From the NCBI GenBank assembly GCA_964516735.1, contig CAZEYR010000002.1, forward strand, positions 1-52,166: DNA of 52,166 nucleotides, given 5' to 3'. The DNA comes from an uncultured Gammaproteobacteria bacterium. Its GTDB lineage: Bacteria; Patescibacteriota; Patescibacteriia; Magasanikbacterales; GWA2-37-8. Made by a program: the position numbers and the translations under genes. The notes below the pieces were generated by a model. That model had not been told where the DNA came from and did not search any database. It was given only the letters and a program-made list of their open reading frames with translations. Below are positions 1 through 8,844 of the stretch, piece by piece (position 1 is the stretch's first letter; every line of letters begins with the position of its first letter).

Positions 1-768
1 GATGAAAAAACTGTAGGCGCTAATGAATTGTGGATTTCATCGGAAGATTTTAACGGTTTGAATCACGCTCCTTCAGTTAGGCATGTATGTCGCGGTGATA
101 AAGAACTCTTTTATTTACAGATGGATTGGAATGGCGAGACTCTTAAACCTGGCGCCACGCAAACTGGTAAGTTAATTGCTGTTGATTCTACAAATGTTTT
201 TCCTATCACTTCAGTCAATAAAGATCCGGAGGTAAAATTGGTTGAAGATAAAAATTCACAATCTCAAAACACAATCACAATTTTAGTTGATGGAAAAAAT
301 ATTATTTTTGATTTAGCGACTAAAAAATTTAGTGAAGTTAAACTAACTCTTAGTGCAATAGAAAAAGAAGCTGAGGTGGTAAATTATGGACCGTTAAAGT
401 TTGTTGAAAAAATCCCTGGTAGGCTGCTCTATAGTGGCGAAGTAGTTATAAACGGTGTCTACGGGTATACGTCAGGCTCTTCGATGGAAGCATCTGATGG
501 ATTGTCTTTTACACCAGATGAAGAAAGTGCAAAATTATTACCTCAATTCGACGTTGTTAGTAATGGTTTTAATGTAAGCAACCGAGATCAGATGATTAAA
601 ATGTTAGGTTTAACCGATGTTGCCAAAGGTAAAATTTGCATAAAAGGCAAAGCTACAATTAAAATAAGTGGTTATTCTTTAAATATCATGGAATTTCAGG
701 CTTATAATTATTCAAAAGTTGTTGAAGTTTTATCTAAAGAAAATTATACTAAGTGTGAATTAAACTAA
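1..768 (+). CDS. hypothetical protein, 5'-partial (frame is open to the window edge; the tracked TTG at 28 is probably internal)
   Basis: Frame 1 has no stop from nt 1 (DEKTVGANELWISSEDF...). No family motif recognised. Stop lies 3 nt before the alaS start. Confidence 0.5.
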   Translation, partial: DEKTVGANELWISSEDFNGLNHAPSVRHVCRGDKELFYLQMDWNGETLKPGATQTGKLIAVDSTNVFPITSVNKDPEVKLVEDKNSQSQNTITILVDGKNIIFDLATKKFSEVKLTLSAIEKEAEVVNYGPLKFVEKIPGRLLYSGEVVINGVYGYTSGSSMEASDGLSFTPDEESAKLLPQFDVVSNGFNVSNRDQMIKMLGLTDVAKGKICIKGKATIKISGYSLNIMEFQAYNYSKVVEVLSKENYTKCELN

Positions 769-771
769 ACT

Positions 772-2628
772 ATGCTCACCTCCAAAGAACTTCGCAGAAA
801 ATATTTAGATTTTTTTCAAAGTAAAAGACATAAAATTATTCCTTCCGCTTCTTTGATTCCGGAGAATGATCCGACGGTGTTGTTTACTACTGCCGGCATG
901 CACCCCCTCGTGCCATATTTACTCGGTGAAAAACACCCAGAAGGCACTCGGTTGGCCAGTGTACAAAAATGTATTCGCACCCAAGATATTGACGAAGTGG
1001 GGGATAATCGACACGATACTTTTTTTGAGATGCTTGGCAATTGGTCTTTGGGTGATTATTTTAAACAGGAAGCCATTACTTGGAGCTGGGAATTTTTGAC
1101 TGGTAGAGAGTGGCTGGGTTTGGATTCAAGAAAATTGTCCGTATCGGTATTTGCTGGCGAAGCAGAAAATAATATTCCGCGCGATGAAGAGGCGGCTGGT
1201 ATTTGGAAATCACTTGGTATATCGGAAGATCGTATAGCCTATCTTCCAAGAAAAAATAATTGGTGGGGTCCGGCTGGGCAAACTGGCCCGTGTGGTCCAG
1301 ACACTGAAATGTTTTATTGGAAAGGGGAGGGCGAATATCCACCAGCCGGCAGCAATCCGGGGAATAATGAAGATAATTGGCTGGAAATCTGGAATGATGT
1401 ATTCATGCAATATAATAAAAACACGGAAGGGAAGTATGAGGCCCTTAAACAAAAAAATGTGGATACTGGCATGGGGTTAGAGCGTACATTGATGGTATTG
1501 AATAATTTTGTTGATGTTTTTCAGATTGATACATTTTGGCCTCTGATTCAAAAAATACAAGAAATTTCTGGCCATGAATATGTGGAAGGCGGGGAAGTGA
1601 CTAAATCTATGCGTATCGTGGCTGACCATATACGCACGGCCACTATGATTATGGGTGATAATAAAAAGATCGCTCCGTCCAATGTGGACCAGGGTTATAT
1701 TGTGCGTCGGTTGATTCGTCGCGCGGTGCGCCATGGCCGTCAGTTGGGGATTAAAGAAAATTTTTGTTCACAGATTGCTGAAGAAGTAATTAAAATTTTT
1801 GCTGATGTTTATCCGGAAGTAGTAAAGAATAAAGAGTTTGTTTTGAATGAAATGGCCAAAGAAGAAAGTAAATTTAGAAATACGATCGAGCAAGGTTTGA
1901 AAGAATTTGAAAAATTAGTAGCTGGTTTCCGAATGGCTTTTGAAAAAACTGGAAAATTAGTTAATGAAATTTCTGGCAAACAGGCCTTTAAACTTTATGA
2001 CACTTTTGGTTTTCCTCTAGAAATGACCCAAGAGTTGGCCGTAGAAAATAATTTGAAAGTAGATGTGACTGGGTTTAAAGAAGCTTTTGAAAAACATCAA
2101 GAGCTCTCTCGTGCTGGTGCAGAACAAAAATTCAAAGGTGGTTTGGCTGATACCGGCGAAATGTCAGTAAAATATCACACTGCCACCCACTTATTACACG
2201 CCGCTTTGCGCAAAGTTTTAGGTACACACGTGGAGCAAAGAGGTAGTAATATCACCGCCGAACGTCTGCGTTTTGATTTTTCCCATCCAGAAAAAATGAC
2301 CGAAGAACAAAAGCAAGAAGTGGAAAGATTAGTTAATTATGCAATACAGAAAAATTATCCAGTGAGTTTTGCTGAGATGGCCGTCGCCGAAGCCAAAGCC
2401 AAAGGTGCTATGGGTTTGTTTGAAGATAAATATGGTAATAAAGTAAAAGTGTATTCGGTTGGCGATCCAGAACAAATGCCGGATGCTCACGAAGACGCTC
2501 TAACTTTCTCTAAAGAAATTTGTGGCGGCCCACATGTGGAAAATACTGGTGTGCTCGGGAAATTTAAAATAAAAAAAGAAGAGGCCGTTTCTTCAGGTGT
2601 TAGAAGGATTAAAGCAGTTTTGGAATAA
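772..2628 (+). CDS. alaS: alanine--tRNA ligase, short form (catalytic plus editing domains, no C-Ala domain)
   Basis: N-terminus MLTSKELRRKYLDFFQSKRHKIIPSASLIP...TTAGM is typical of class II AlaRS. Editing-site motifs HTATHLLH and CGGPHV are near the C-terminus. The protein ends right after the editing domain. Confidence 0.93.
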   Translation: MLTSKELRRKYLDFFQSKRHKIIPSASLIPENDPTVLFTTAGMHPLVPYLLGEKHPEGTRLASVQKCIRTQDIDEVGDNRHDTFFEMLGNWSLGDYFKQEAITWSWEFLTGREWLGLDSRKLSVSVFAGEAENNIPRDEEAAGIWKSLGISEDRIAYLPRKNNWWGPAGQTGPCGPDTEMFYWKGEGEYPPAGSNPGNNEDNWLEIWNDVFMQYNKNTEGKYEALKQKNVDTGMGLERTLMVLNNFVDVFQIDTFWPLIQKIQEISGHEYVEGGEVTKSMRIVADHIRTATMIMGDNKKIAPSNVDQGYIVRRLIRRAVRHGRQLGIKENFCSQIAEEVIKIFADVYPEVVKNKEFVLNEMAKEESKFRNTIEQGLKEFEKLVAGFRMAFEKTGKLVNEISGKQAFKLYDTFGFPLEMTQELAVENNLKVDVTGFKEAFEKHQELSRAGAEQKFKGGLADTGEMSVKYHTATHLLHAALRKVLGTHVEQRGSNITAERLRFDFSHPEKMTEEQKQEVERLVNYAIQKNYPVSFAEMAVAEAKAKGAMGLFEDKYGNKVKVYSVGDPEQMPDAHEDALTFSKEICGGPHVENTGVLGKFKIKKEEAVSSGVRRIKAVLE

Positions 2629-2736
2629 TTTACAGGATGCCAATATTATTTTCGCTTTCCTCGGCCGCCAAGGCCTCAGGGGTGCCGCTGTGGCGGCACA
2701 ACCCGCTCAAATAACATTGCCACCCTTCAAAATATT

Positions 2737-3138
2737 ATGTTTGTTAAACTGTTAAAATACTTCTGGTCACTACGCGGGCAATTTATAAAATATTTCATAA
2801 TCGGCATCTCCGGTGTATTTTTGGATGTTGGCAGTTTAATTTTACTCAAAGAAAAATTTGGTTGGAATCCGACTTTAGCAGTAGTGGTAAATCAGATATT
2901 TATTTTAGTCTTCAATTTTTCTCTAAATAAATATTGGTCGTTCAAAGAAACTTCCATGCCGCACAAACAGGTGGTGCGTTATCTTATTTTGGCCGGCTTA
3001 AATTACGCCTTTTCCATCGCGGTAATGTACCTCTTTAATCACCTGTGGGGCTTTGACTACCGTCTGGTCCGTCTTAGCACCATTGCCGCCATGGTCAGTT
3101 GGAACTTTTTCTCATATAAATATTGGGTTTATCGGTAA
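2737..3138 (+). CDS. GtrA-family membrane protein
   Basis: 133 aa with 4 predicted TM segments. Has FIKYFIIGISGVFLDVG and NKYWSFK / YKYWVY motifs characteristic of GtrA-like proteins. Confidence 0.8.
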   Translation: MFVKLLKYFWSLRGQFIKYFIIGISGVFLDVGSLILLKEKFGWNPTLAVVVNQIFILVFNFSLNKYWSFKETSMPHKQVVRYLILAGLNYAFSIAVMYLFNHLWGFDYRLVRLSTIAAMVSWNFFSYKYWVYR

Positions 3139-3221
3139 AAGGCTAGGGGAGAGGGTAAAATGGCTAATTTAAGCCAAAAAATATGCTAAAATTATTCACA
3201 TTTAACCTGTCCGTCGCCCCC

Positions 3222-3250
3222 TTGACTTTTTCGCTAAGATTCTATATAAT
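3222..3250 (+). promoter_or_regulatory. sigma70-type promoter for the infA-rpmJ-rpsM... cluster
   Basis: TTGACT (3222-3227), 17 nt spacer, TATAAT (3245-3250), located 22 nt upstream of the infA ATG. Confidence 0.5.
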
Positions 3251-3272
3251 AACACTGTTTTAACTAAACAAA

Positions 3273-3485
3273 ATGGCTAAAGACATTATCGAATTAGATG
3301 GCAAAATTGAGGAATTACTACCAGCTGGCACATTTCGTGTCATGTTGGAAAGTGGCCAATCAGTGATTGCCCATCTGTCCGGCAAGATGAGAATGAATAA
3401 GATTCGTCTTAGCATCGGGGATAAAGTGAAAGTAGAGATGACCCCGTATGATTTGACTAAAGGAAGAATTTCTTTTAGATACTAA
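3273..3485 (+). CDS. infA: translation initiation factor IF-1
   Basis: 70 aa S1-like OB fold sequence ([22 protein letters not shown]...[37 protein letters not shown]). Confidence 0.95.
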   Translation: MAKDIIELDGKIEELLPAGTFRVMLESGQSVIAHLSGKMRMNKIRLSIGDKVKVEMTPYDLTKGRISFRY

Positions 3486-3513
3486 TCAGAAAAAGGAGTG
3501 ACAATTTATCAAT

Positions 3514-3659
3514 AATATGTGGGTAAGGCCCGCATATTCATCGAGACTCGGTTAAAAGAAAAATTATTTTCTTTTACCTCGTCTCTCGAATATCAACCAT
3601 TGCGGTGTAGCTTGGCCATTGAGCTGGGCGTCGATATCGCGGCAGTGGTTGATATTTTT
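3514..3659 (+). promoter_or_regulatory. three consecutive stable hairpins in the infA-rpmJ spacer; the last ends in a T-run (possible attenuator or r-protein leader)
   Basis: H1 3514-3538: 10 bp stem, loop TAAGG. H2 3541-3589: about 19 bp interrupted stem. H3 3590-3655: 14 bp outer stem ATATCAACCATTGC/GCAGTGGTTGATAT enclosing two small hairpins, followed by TTTT at 3656-3659. Confidence 0.4.
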
Positions 3660-3688
3660 ACATTACTAATTAATTTTTATATAAAAGT

Positions 3689-3802
3689 ATGAAGGTTTGT
3701 GCCTCAGTTAAGAAGGTTTGCATGAAATGCAAAGTGGTACGCCGCAAAGGTAGAGTCCACGTTATTTGTAGCAATCCAAAACATAAACAACGTCAAGGTT
3801 AA
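3689..3802 (+). CDS. rpmJ: 50S ribosomal protein L36 (below the ORF-track length cutoff)
   Basis: Hand translation gives [37 protein letters not shown] (37 aa), the canonical L36 zinc-ribbon sequence. It sits in the conserved infA-rpmJ-rpsM position. Confidence 0.9.
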   Translation: MKVCASVKKVCMKCKVVRRKGRVHVICSNPKHKQRQG

Positions 3803-3828
3803 TTTAATAATAATGTAATTTTATAGTT

Positions 3829-4215
3829 ATGCGTATTTCTGGTGTAGAAATTCCAAAGAACAAGAGAGTCGTCGCCGCATTACCATACATCTATGGTGTT
3901 GGCCCAACTTTAGCTAAAAAAATCTTGGCTAAAGCCGGTATTAGCGAAGATATTCGCACTAAAGATTTGACTTCTGCTCAAGAAGATAAACTTCGTCTGA
4001 TTGTAGAAAAAGAATATAAAACTGAAGGTGACTTACGTCGCGAGGTGATGGCTAATGTTAAAAGGTATAAAGATATTAAGTGTTATCGCGGAGTACGCCA
4101 TATGAGACATTTGCCTGTTCGTGGTCAACGCACTAAAACTAATTCTCGTACTGTGCGCGGTAATGTAAGAAAGACCGCCGCTTCTGGAAAAAAACCAGCC
4201 GCTCAAAAGACCTAA
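3829..4215 (+). CDS. rpsM: 30S ribosomal protein S13
   Basis: [25 protein letters not shown]...[20 protein letters not shown] is the S13 signature. Confidence 0.95.
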   Translation: MRISGVEIPKNKRVVAALPYIYGVGPTLAKKILAKAGISEDIRTKDLTSAQEDKLRLIVEKEYKTEGDLRREVMANVKRYKDIKCYRGVRHMRHLPVRGQRTKTNSRTVRGNVRKTAASGKKPAAQKT

Positions 4216-4250
4216 TATTTTCCCTTAAATAATCCGATTAATAAATTTGT

Positions 4251-4691
4251 ATGACCGAACAAAAACAAGTCACTAACACTACTGCTCCAGCCGCTGCAGA
4301 AGGCGTTAAAGTGGTAAAAACAAAAAAGAAAAAAATTGTTAAGCAAGTACCTCGTGGCAATGCTTATATTTCCGCTACTTATAATAACACTATTGTCACT
4401 ATTGCTGATCCAAACGGTAACGTTTTGGGTTGGGCTTCTGCTGGTATGGTTGGTTTTAAAGGTCCAAAGAAAGCTACCCCATACGCCGCTTCTATGGTAG
4501 TAAAACAAGTTGCCGACAAAATCGCTGATTACGGTGTAAAGGAAGTCAGTGTGTTTGTAAAAGGTATTGGCGGCGGCCGCGAAGGCGCGATTCGTGGTTT
4601 GCACACGAATGGTTTCAATGTAGTTTCTGTAAATGATACTACTCCGATTCCACACAATGGTTGTCGTCCTCCGAAACGTCGTCGTGTTTAA
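4251..4691 (+). CDS. rpsK: 30S ribosomal protein S11
   Basis: GNAYISATYNNTIVTIADPNGNVLGWASAG...TPIPHNGCRPPKRRRV is the S11 signature, preceded by a Lys-rich N-terminal extension. Confidence 0.95.
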   Translation: MTEQKQVTNTTAPAAAEGVKVVKTKKKKIVKQVPRGNAYISATYNNTIVTIADPNGNVLGWASAGMVGFKGPKKATPYAASMVVKQVADKIADYGVKEVSVFVKGIGGGREGAIRGLHTNGFNVVSVNDTTPIPHNGCRPPKRRRV

Positions 4692-4716
4692 TATTCCACA
4701 TTAAATTAATGCATAT

Positions 4717-5355
4717 ATGGTTAAATTATTAACAAAAAAAGTTACTACCTATTGCGCACAATGCCGCCGTGCCGGTGAAAAGTTGCTTTTGAAGGGCGAC
4801 AAATGTTTGACTGCTAAATGTCCTTTTGCCAAGAGAAGTTATCCTCCTGGTCAACATGGTCCAAACCAAAAACATGTAAAAATGTCCGGTTATGGTAAAC
4901 AGTTGCGTGAAAAACAAAAAGCTAAAATTATTTACGGATTGATCGAAAGACAATTTGCTAATTACGTAGCCGAAGCTTCTAAAAAGACTGGCGATACTAG
5001 TAAATATTTGCTAAACTATTTAGAGTCCCGTTTGGATAACGTTGTTTTCCGCATGGGTTTTGGTAAATCTCGTGCTAACGCTCGCCAAATGGTGAGACAT
5101 GGTTTGATGACAGTTAATGGTAAAAAAGTTGACATCCCATCTTTCCGTGTTCGCATTGGTGATGTGGTTTCTTTGAGCGATATTGCTAAAAAGAAAAAAG
5201 GTTACACCGATTTGTCTGAAAGAATGGCTAAGGTGGAAGTGCCAGCTTGGGCCGCTGTTGATCCGAAAACTGTATCCGGCAAAGTGTTGAATGCTCCGGC
5301 TGTAGAAAAACCAAATTTCAACGCTAAATCAATCATTGAGTTCTATTCACGCTAA
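4717..5355 (+). CDS. rpsD: 30S ribosomal protein S4
   Basis: Zinc-knuckle N-terminus (CAQCRR...KC..AKC), YGKQLREKQK, and an S4 RNA-binding domain (LESRLDNVVFRMGF...ARQMVRHG). Confidence 0.95.
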   Translation: MVKLLTKKVTTYCAQCRRAGEKLLLKGDKCLTAKCPFAKRSYPPGQHGPNQKHVKMSGYGKQLREKQKAKIIYGLIERQFANYVAEASKKTGDTSKYLLNYLESRLDNVVFRMGFGKSRANARQMVRHGLMTVNGKKVDIPSFRVRIGDVVSLSDIAKKKKGYTDLSERMAKVEVPAWAAVDPKTVSGKVLNAPAVEKPNFNAKSIIEFYSR

Positions 5356-5367
5356 TTTTAAATAAAT

Positions 5368-6174
5368 ATGGAGAATTTACTTTTACCATCTAAAGTAGAA
5401 TTCCAAGCCGGTAAGGCCCCGCATACAGGTACTGTGGTGATTACACCATGTTATTATGGTTATGGCACCACCTTGGGCAACGCTTTACGTCGTGTCTTGT
5501 TGTCTTCTCTTCCGGGTGGCGCGGTTGAGGCCTTTAAAATCAAAGGCGCTCAACATGAGTTTAGTACAGTTGGTGGCGTGAAAGAAGACGTAGTAGAAAT
5601 TACTTTAAATTTAAAACAATTAGTAGTAAAAGTTTTTTCTGATGATCCGGTTATTTTAAATATTTCTAAAAAAGGTCTCGGCCCAGTAACCGCTGGTGAT
5701 ATAGAGGCTAATTCTGCGGTTGAAATTATTAACAAAGATTTGGTAATCGCTACTGTAACCGAAGATAAAACTTTTGAAATGGAAATTGTAGTTGGACGCG
5801 GTCGCGGTTTTAAAACTGCCGAAGAAAAAGAAAGAAAAAATTATGATTTGGGTACTATCGTAGTGGACTCAGTGTACACTCCGGTAAAAGATGTTGGTTA
5901 TTTCGTAGAGAATACTCGCGTTGGTGATATTACTGATTACGAAAAATTAACATTGAATATCGAAACCAACGGCACAATTGCTCCATACGAAGCATTGAAG
6001 TTGGCCGCTCAAATTTTAATTGACCATTTTAATATCATCTCTCAGGCGACTGAGGTGGGTGGTAATGAAGAAGTGGTAGAAGAGGCTAAAACTGAAGTTG
6101 TAGAAGCGGTAGCCCCAGCTGAAACAACCGATGATGAGCCAAAAACTGAAAAGAAAACCAAAAAGAAGAAATAA
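5368..6174 (+). CDS. rpoA: DNA-directed RNA polymerase alpha subunit, N-terminal domain only plus an acidic/Lys-rich tail
   Basis: GYGTTLGNALRRVLLSSLPG and the dimerisation/insert domain match alpha-NTD. The protein ends at 268 aa with ...TDDEPKTEKKTKKKK and has no helix-hairpin-helix CTD. Confidence 0.9.
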   Translation: MENLLLPSKVEFQAGKAPHTGTVVITPCYYGYGTTLGNALRRVLLSSLPGGAVEAFKIKGAQHEFSTVGGVKEDVVEITLNLKQLVVKVFSDDPVILNISKKGLGPVTAGDIEANSAVEIINKDLVIATVTEDKTFEMEIVVGRGRGFKTAEEKERKNYDLGTIVVDSVYTPVKDVGYFVENTRVGDITDYEKLTLNIETNGTIAPYEALKLAAQILIDHFNIISQATEVGGNEEVVEEAKTEVVEAVAPAETTDDEPKTEKKTKKKK

Positions 6175-6193
6175 TTTATTGCTATTATAAAGT

Positions 6194-6544
6194 ATGCGTC
6201 ATCAAATGAAAAAGATCACCTTGGGTCGCAAGACAGCCGGACGCCGTTCCTTAATGGCTAATTTGGCTGAAAGTGTGATTTTATATGAAAAAGTAAAAAC
6301 TACTCAAGCTAAAGCTAAAGCTGTGCAGTCTGTGGTGGAAAAATTAGTTACCAAAGCCAAACAAAACAATTTAGCCGCTCGTCGGGAAATCGCTAAAGTT
6401 CTTTACACTGAAAATGCTGTAAAGAAGTTGATGGAACAACTGGGCCCTAAATATGCCGATCGAAAAGGCGGTTTTACCCGTGTAACGGTAGTTAAAAATC
6501 GTATTGGCGACGGCGCTGTTGAGGCGTTAATTGAATTAGTGTAA
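6194..6544 (+). CDS. rplQ: 50S ribosomal protein L17
   Basis: MRHQMKKITLGRKTAGRRSLMANLA...GGFTRV is the L17 signature. Conserved position after rpoA. Confidence 0.93.
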   Translation: MRHQMKKITLGRKTAGRRSLMANLAESVILYEKVKTTQAKAKAVQSVVEKLVTKAKQNNLAARREIAKVLYTENAVKKLMEQLGPKYADRKGGFTRVTVVKNRIGDGAVEALIELV

Positions 6545-6553
6545 TAAATATAT

Positions 6554-6907
6554 ATGGCTACTATTAAACGCAAGAAGATTGAGATTGATGCCACCGGACA
6601 AACTCCCGGCCGTTTGGCTACCAAAATCGCCACTATTTTGATGGGTAAACATAAGGTTACTTATGTTCCACACATTGATGCTGGTGATAAAGTGGTGATT
6701 TTAAACGTCAACGAGATTCGTTTTACCGGTAAAAAATTAGATCAAAAAATTTATCGTCATCATTCTATGCATCCGGGTGGTTTAAAAGAGATCCCGGCCA
6801 AAAAGATGATGGAAGATCCAAAACAAATTATTTTGTTGGCTGTAGCAAAAATGTTGCCAAAAAATAAAATGCGCGATTTACGCATGAACAGAATTTCTTT
6901 TAAATAA
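6554..6907 (+). CDS. rplM: 50S ribosomal protein L13 (short, C-terminally truncated relative to E. coli)
   Basis: IDATGQTPGRLATKIATILMGKHK..Y.PH.D.GD.V...N is the L13 signature. 117 aa. Confidence 0.9.
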   Translation: MATIKRKKIEIDATGQTPGRLATKIATILMGKHKVTYVPHIDAGDKVVILNVNEIRFTGKKLDQKIYRHHSMHPGGLKEIPAKKMMEDPKQIILLAVAKMLPKNKMRDLRMNRISFK

Positions 6908-6912
6908 TTCGT

Positions 6913-7320
6913 ATGACCAAGATTAATAAAAAAACCGACAAAATTAGAGCAGTTGGTCGCAGAAAATCTGCTTCCGCTCGCGTAAAAATCGATAAAGGTA
7001 GCGGGAAATATACTGTCAACGGTTTGGATGTTAAAGTATATTTTCCTTATTTTGAATTACAAGAAATCGCTTGGTCTCCACTTAAAGCCTTAGCCAAAGA
7101 AAAAGACTTGGATGTGTCTGTAAAAGTGGCCGGTGGCGGTAAAAAAGGTCAGGCGGAAGCCGTTCGCCATGCGGTGTCTCGCGCTTTGGTGCTTTGGAAT
7201 GAAGAATTTAAGAAGACTTTAAAAACATTGGGTTTCATGACTCGTGACGCTCGTGTCAAGGAGAGAAAGAAACCGGGTTTGAAAAAAGCTCGTCGCGCAC
7301 CACAGTGGTCCAAACGTTAA
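6913..7320 (+). CDS. rpsI: 30S ribosomal protein S9
   Basis: GRRKSASARV...GGGKKGQAEAVRHAVSRAL...TRDARVKERKKPGLKKARRAPQWSKR is the S9 signature. Confidence 0.93.
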   Translation: MTKINKKTDKIRAVGRRKSASARVKIDKGSGKYTVNGLDVKVYFPYFELQEIAWSPLKALAKEKDLDVSVKVAGGGKKGQAEAVRHAVSRALVLWNEEFKKTLKTLGFMTRDARVKERKKPGLKKARRAPQWSKR

Positions 7321-7329
7321 ATTTCAAAA

Positions 7330-7355
7330 ACACTCGCCAAAAGCGGGTGTTTTTA
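7330..7355 (+). terminator. intrinsic terminator after rpsI
   Basis: ACACTCGC-CAAAA-GCGGGTGT stem (one G-U pair) followed by TTTTT. Confidence 0.6.
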
Positions 7356-7406
7356 TATGTTGTGAGGTTTGTTTTTTTGTGATAACCTATATTAAATACA
7401 TAAATT

Positions 7407-8840
7407 ATGTCGTATTCGGTTGCCAAAAATACCTCCTTTCTGACCGCTGCTTCTATTTTGCAAAAAATAATTTCTTTTGTTTATTTTACGTTTGTCGCTC
7501 GTTATATTGGAGTAGGGAATACCGGCCAATATTTTTTTGCTATTGCTTTTACTACTATCTTTGCTGTAGTGGCGGATTTTGGCTTGGCCTCGGTCCTGAC
7601 TAGAGAATTGTCTCGCCATCCCAAAAAAACTGAAAAATTTGTCGGTACAATTTTTTGGACAAAAATATTTTTTGGTTTACTGGCCTATGGCTTGGCTATA
7701 TTAGCGGTTAACTTATTGGGTTATGATACGGTCCTCAAGCATCTAATTTATCTATCCGGAGTGACCATGTTTTTTGACAATCTGCACATGATTTTTTACA
7801 GTATTTTCAGGGCTAGAAAAAATTTGGTTTATGAATCAATTGGTATCGTAGGATCACAATTTATCACTTTGGTGGTCGGCACTACAGCGATTGTATTGGG
7901 CTGGCCAATGATTTGGTTGATCGCCGCTTATACTATTCCGAGTTTTCTAAATTTTATTTATGTTGTCAGTTTCGCCAAAAAAGTTTATAAATTACGCTAC
8001 TATTTTGTTTGGGATAAACAAATTTTTAAATGGTTTTTTGCCTTAGCGGTGCCATTTGCTTTGGCGGCATTAGTCGGTCGGTTATATTCATACAGTGATT
8101 CATTGTTGATGTCTAAGATGCTGACAGCCCAAGAGCTGGGTTGGTGGAGTGTGCCGTATAAAATAACTTTTGCTTTTCAATTTATACCGGCGGCTCTTTC
8201 AGCTAGCGTTTATCCGGTAATGAGCAGTCTGTATGTTCAAGAAAAATATAAGATTGCTGAATTGTTTGAAAAATCTTGGCGCTATTTATTTTTGTTGGTT
8301 TTTCCTTTATCATTCGGCTTGTTTATTTTGGCCGAACCGGTGATTATAAAGTTATATCGTCCTGATTATTATCCTTCGGTGGCGGTATTACAAATATTAG
8401 TGATTAGTTTAATTTTTGGTTTTTTAAGTTTGATTACAGGTGCTTTGCTCAATGCTACCAATCGTCAAAAAATACAAACAGGAATTTTATTTATTTCTTT
8501 GTTATTCAACATCATTTTAAATTTATTTTTATTGCCCAGATTTGGTATAAACGGTGCGGCCATAGCCGCCCTAGCCAGCAATATATTGTTGTGTTTAGCT
8601 GGTTTATTTTTTGCCGGCAAAGAAATACAAGTTCGCCATATTAATTTATTTAAATATCTAAATCAAGCTTTTTGGCCAGCTTTAATCATGGCGGGGGTAG
8701 TCCATTATTTGTCTCAAAAAATTAATTTTATTTATACTATCCCGCTGGGTGGTTTGGTATATGGTGGTTTATTGTTTGTCACTGGTGGATTGAGCGTTAG
8801 CTTTATAAAAAAGATTTTTAATAAAGTATTTAAAGAGTAA
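7407..8840 (+). CDS. oligosaccharide/polysaccharide flippase (Wzx/MOP superfamily)
   Basis: 477 aa with about 12-14 TM segments. N-terminal pattern (SVAKNTSFLTAASILQKIISFVYFTFVARYIGVGNTGQY) is typical of polysaccharide biosynthesis/flippase proteins. Adjacent to two glycosyltransferases. Confidence 0.8.
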   Translation: MSYSVAKNTSFLTAASILQKIISFVYFTFVARYIGVGNTGQYFFAIAFTTIFAVVADFGLASVLTRELSRHPKKTEKFVGTIFWTKIFFGLLAYGLAILAVNLLGYDTVLKHLIYLSGVTMFFDNLHMIFYSIFRARKNLVYESIGIVGSQFITLVVGTTAIVLGWPMIWLIAAYTIPSFLNFIYVVSFAKKVYKLRYYFVWDKQIFKWFFALAVPFALAALVGRLYSYSDSLLMSKMLTAQELGWWSVPYKITFAFQFIPAALSASVYPVMSSLYVQEKYKIAELFEKSWRYLFLLVFPLSFGLFILAEPVIIKLYRPDYYPSVAVLQILVISLIFGFLSLITGALLNATNRQKIQTGILFISLLFNIILNLFLLPRFGINGAAIAALASNILLCLAGLFFAGKEIQVRHINLFKYLNQAFWPALIMAGVVHYLSQKINFIYTIPLGGLVYGGLLFVTGGLSVSFIKKIFNKVFKE

Positions 8841-8844
8841 TAAT

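Noticed and set aside
3590-3655. GTAGCTTGGCCATTGAGC, resembling a tRNA D-arm, within the infA-rpmJ spacer
   Set aside because: The element is a 14 bp stem with two small internal hairpins. It has no anticodon arm, T-arm (GTTCNANNC) or acceptor geometry, so it is not a tRNA.
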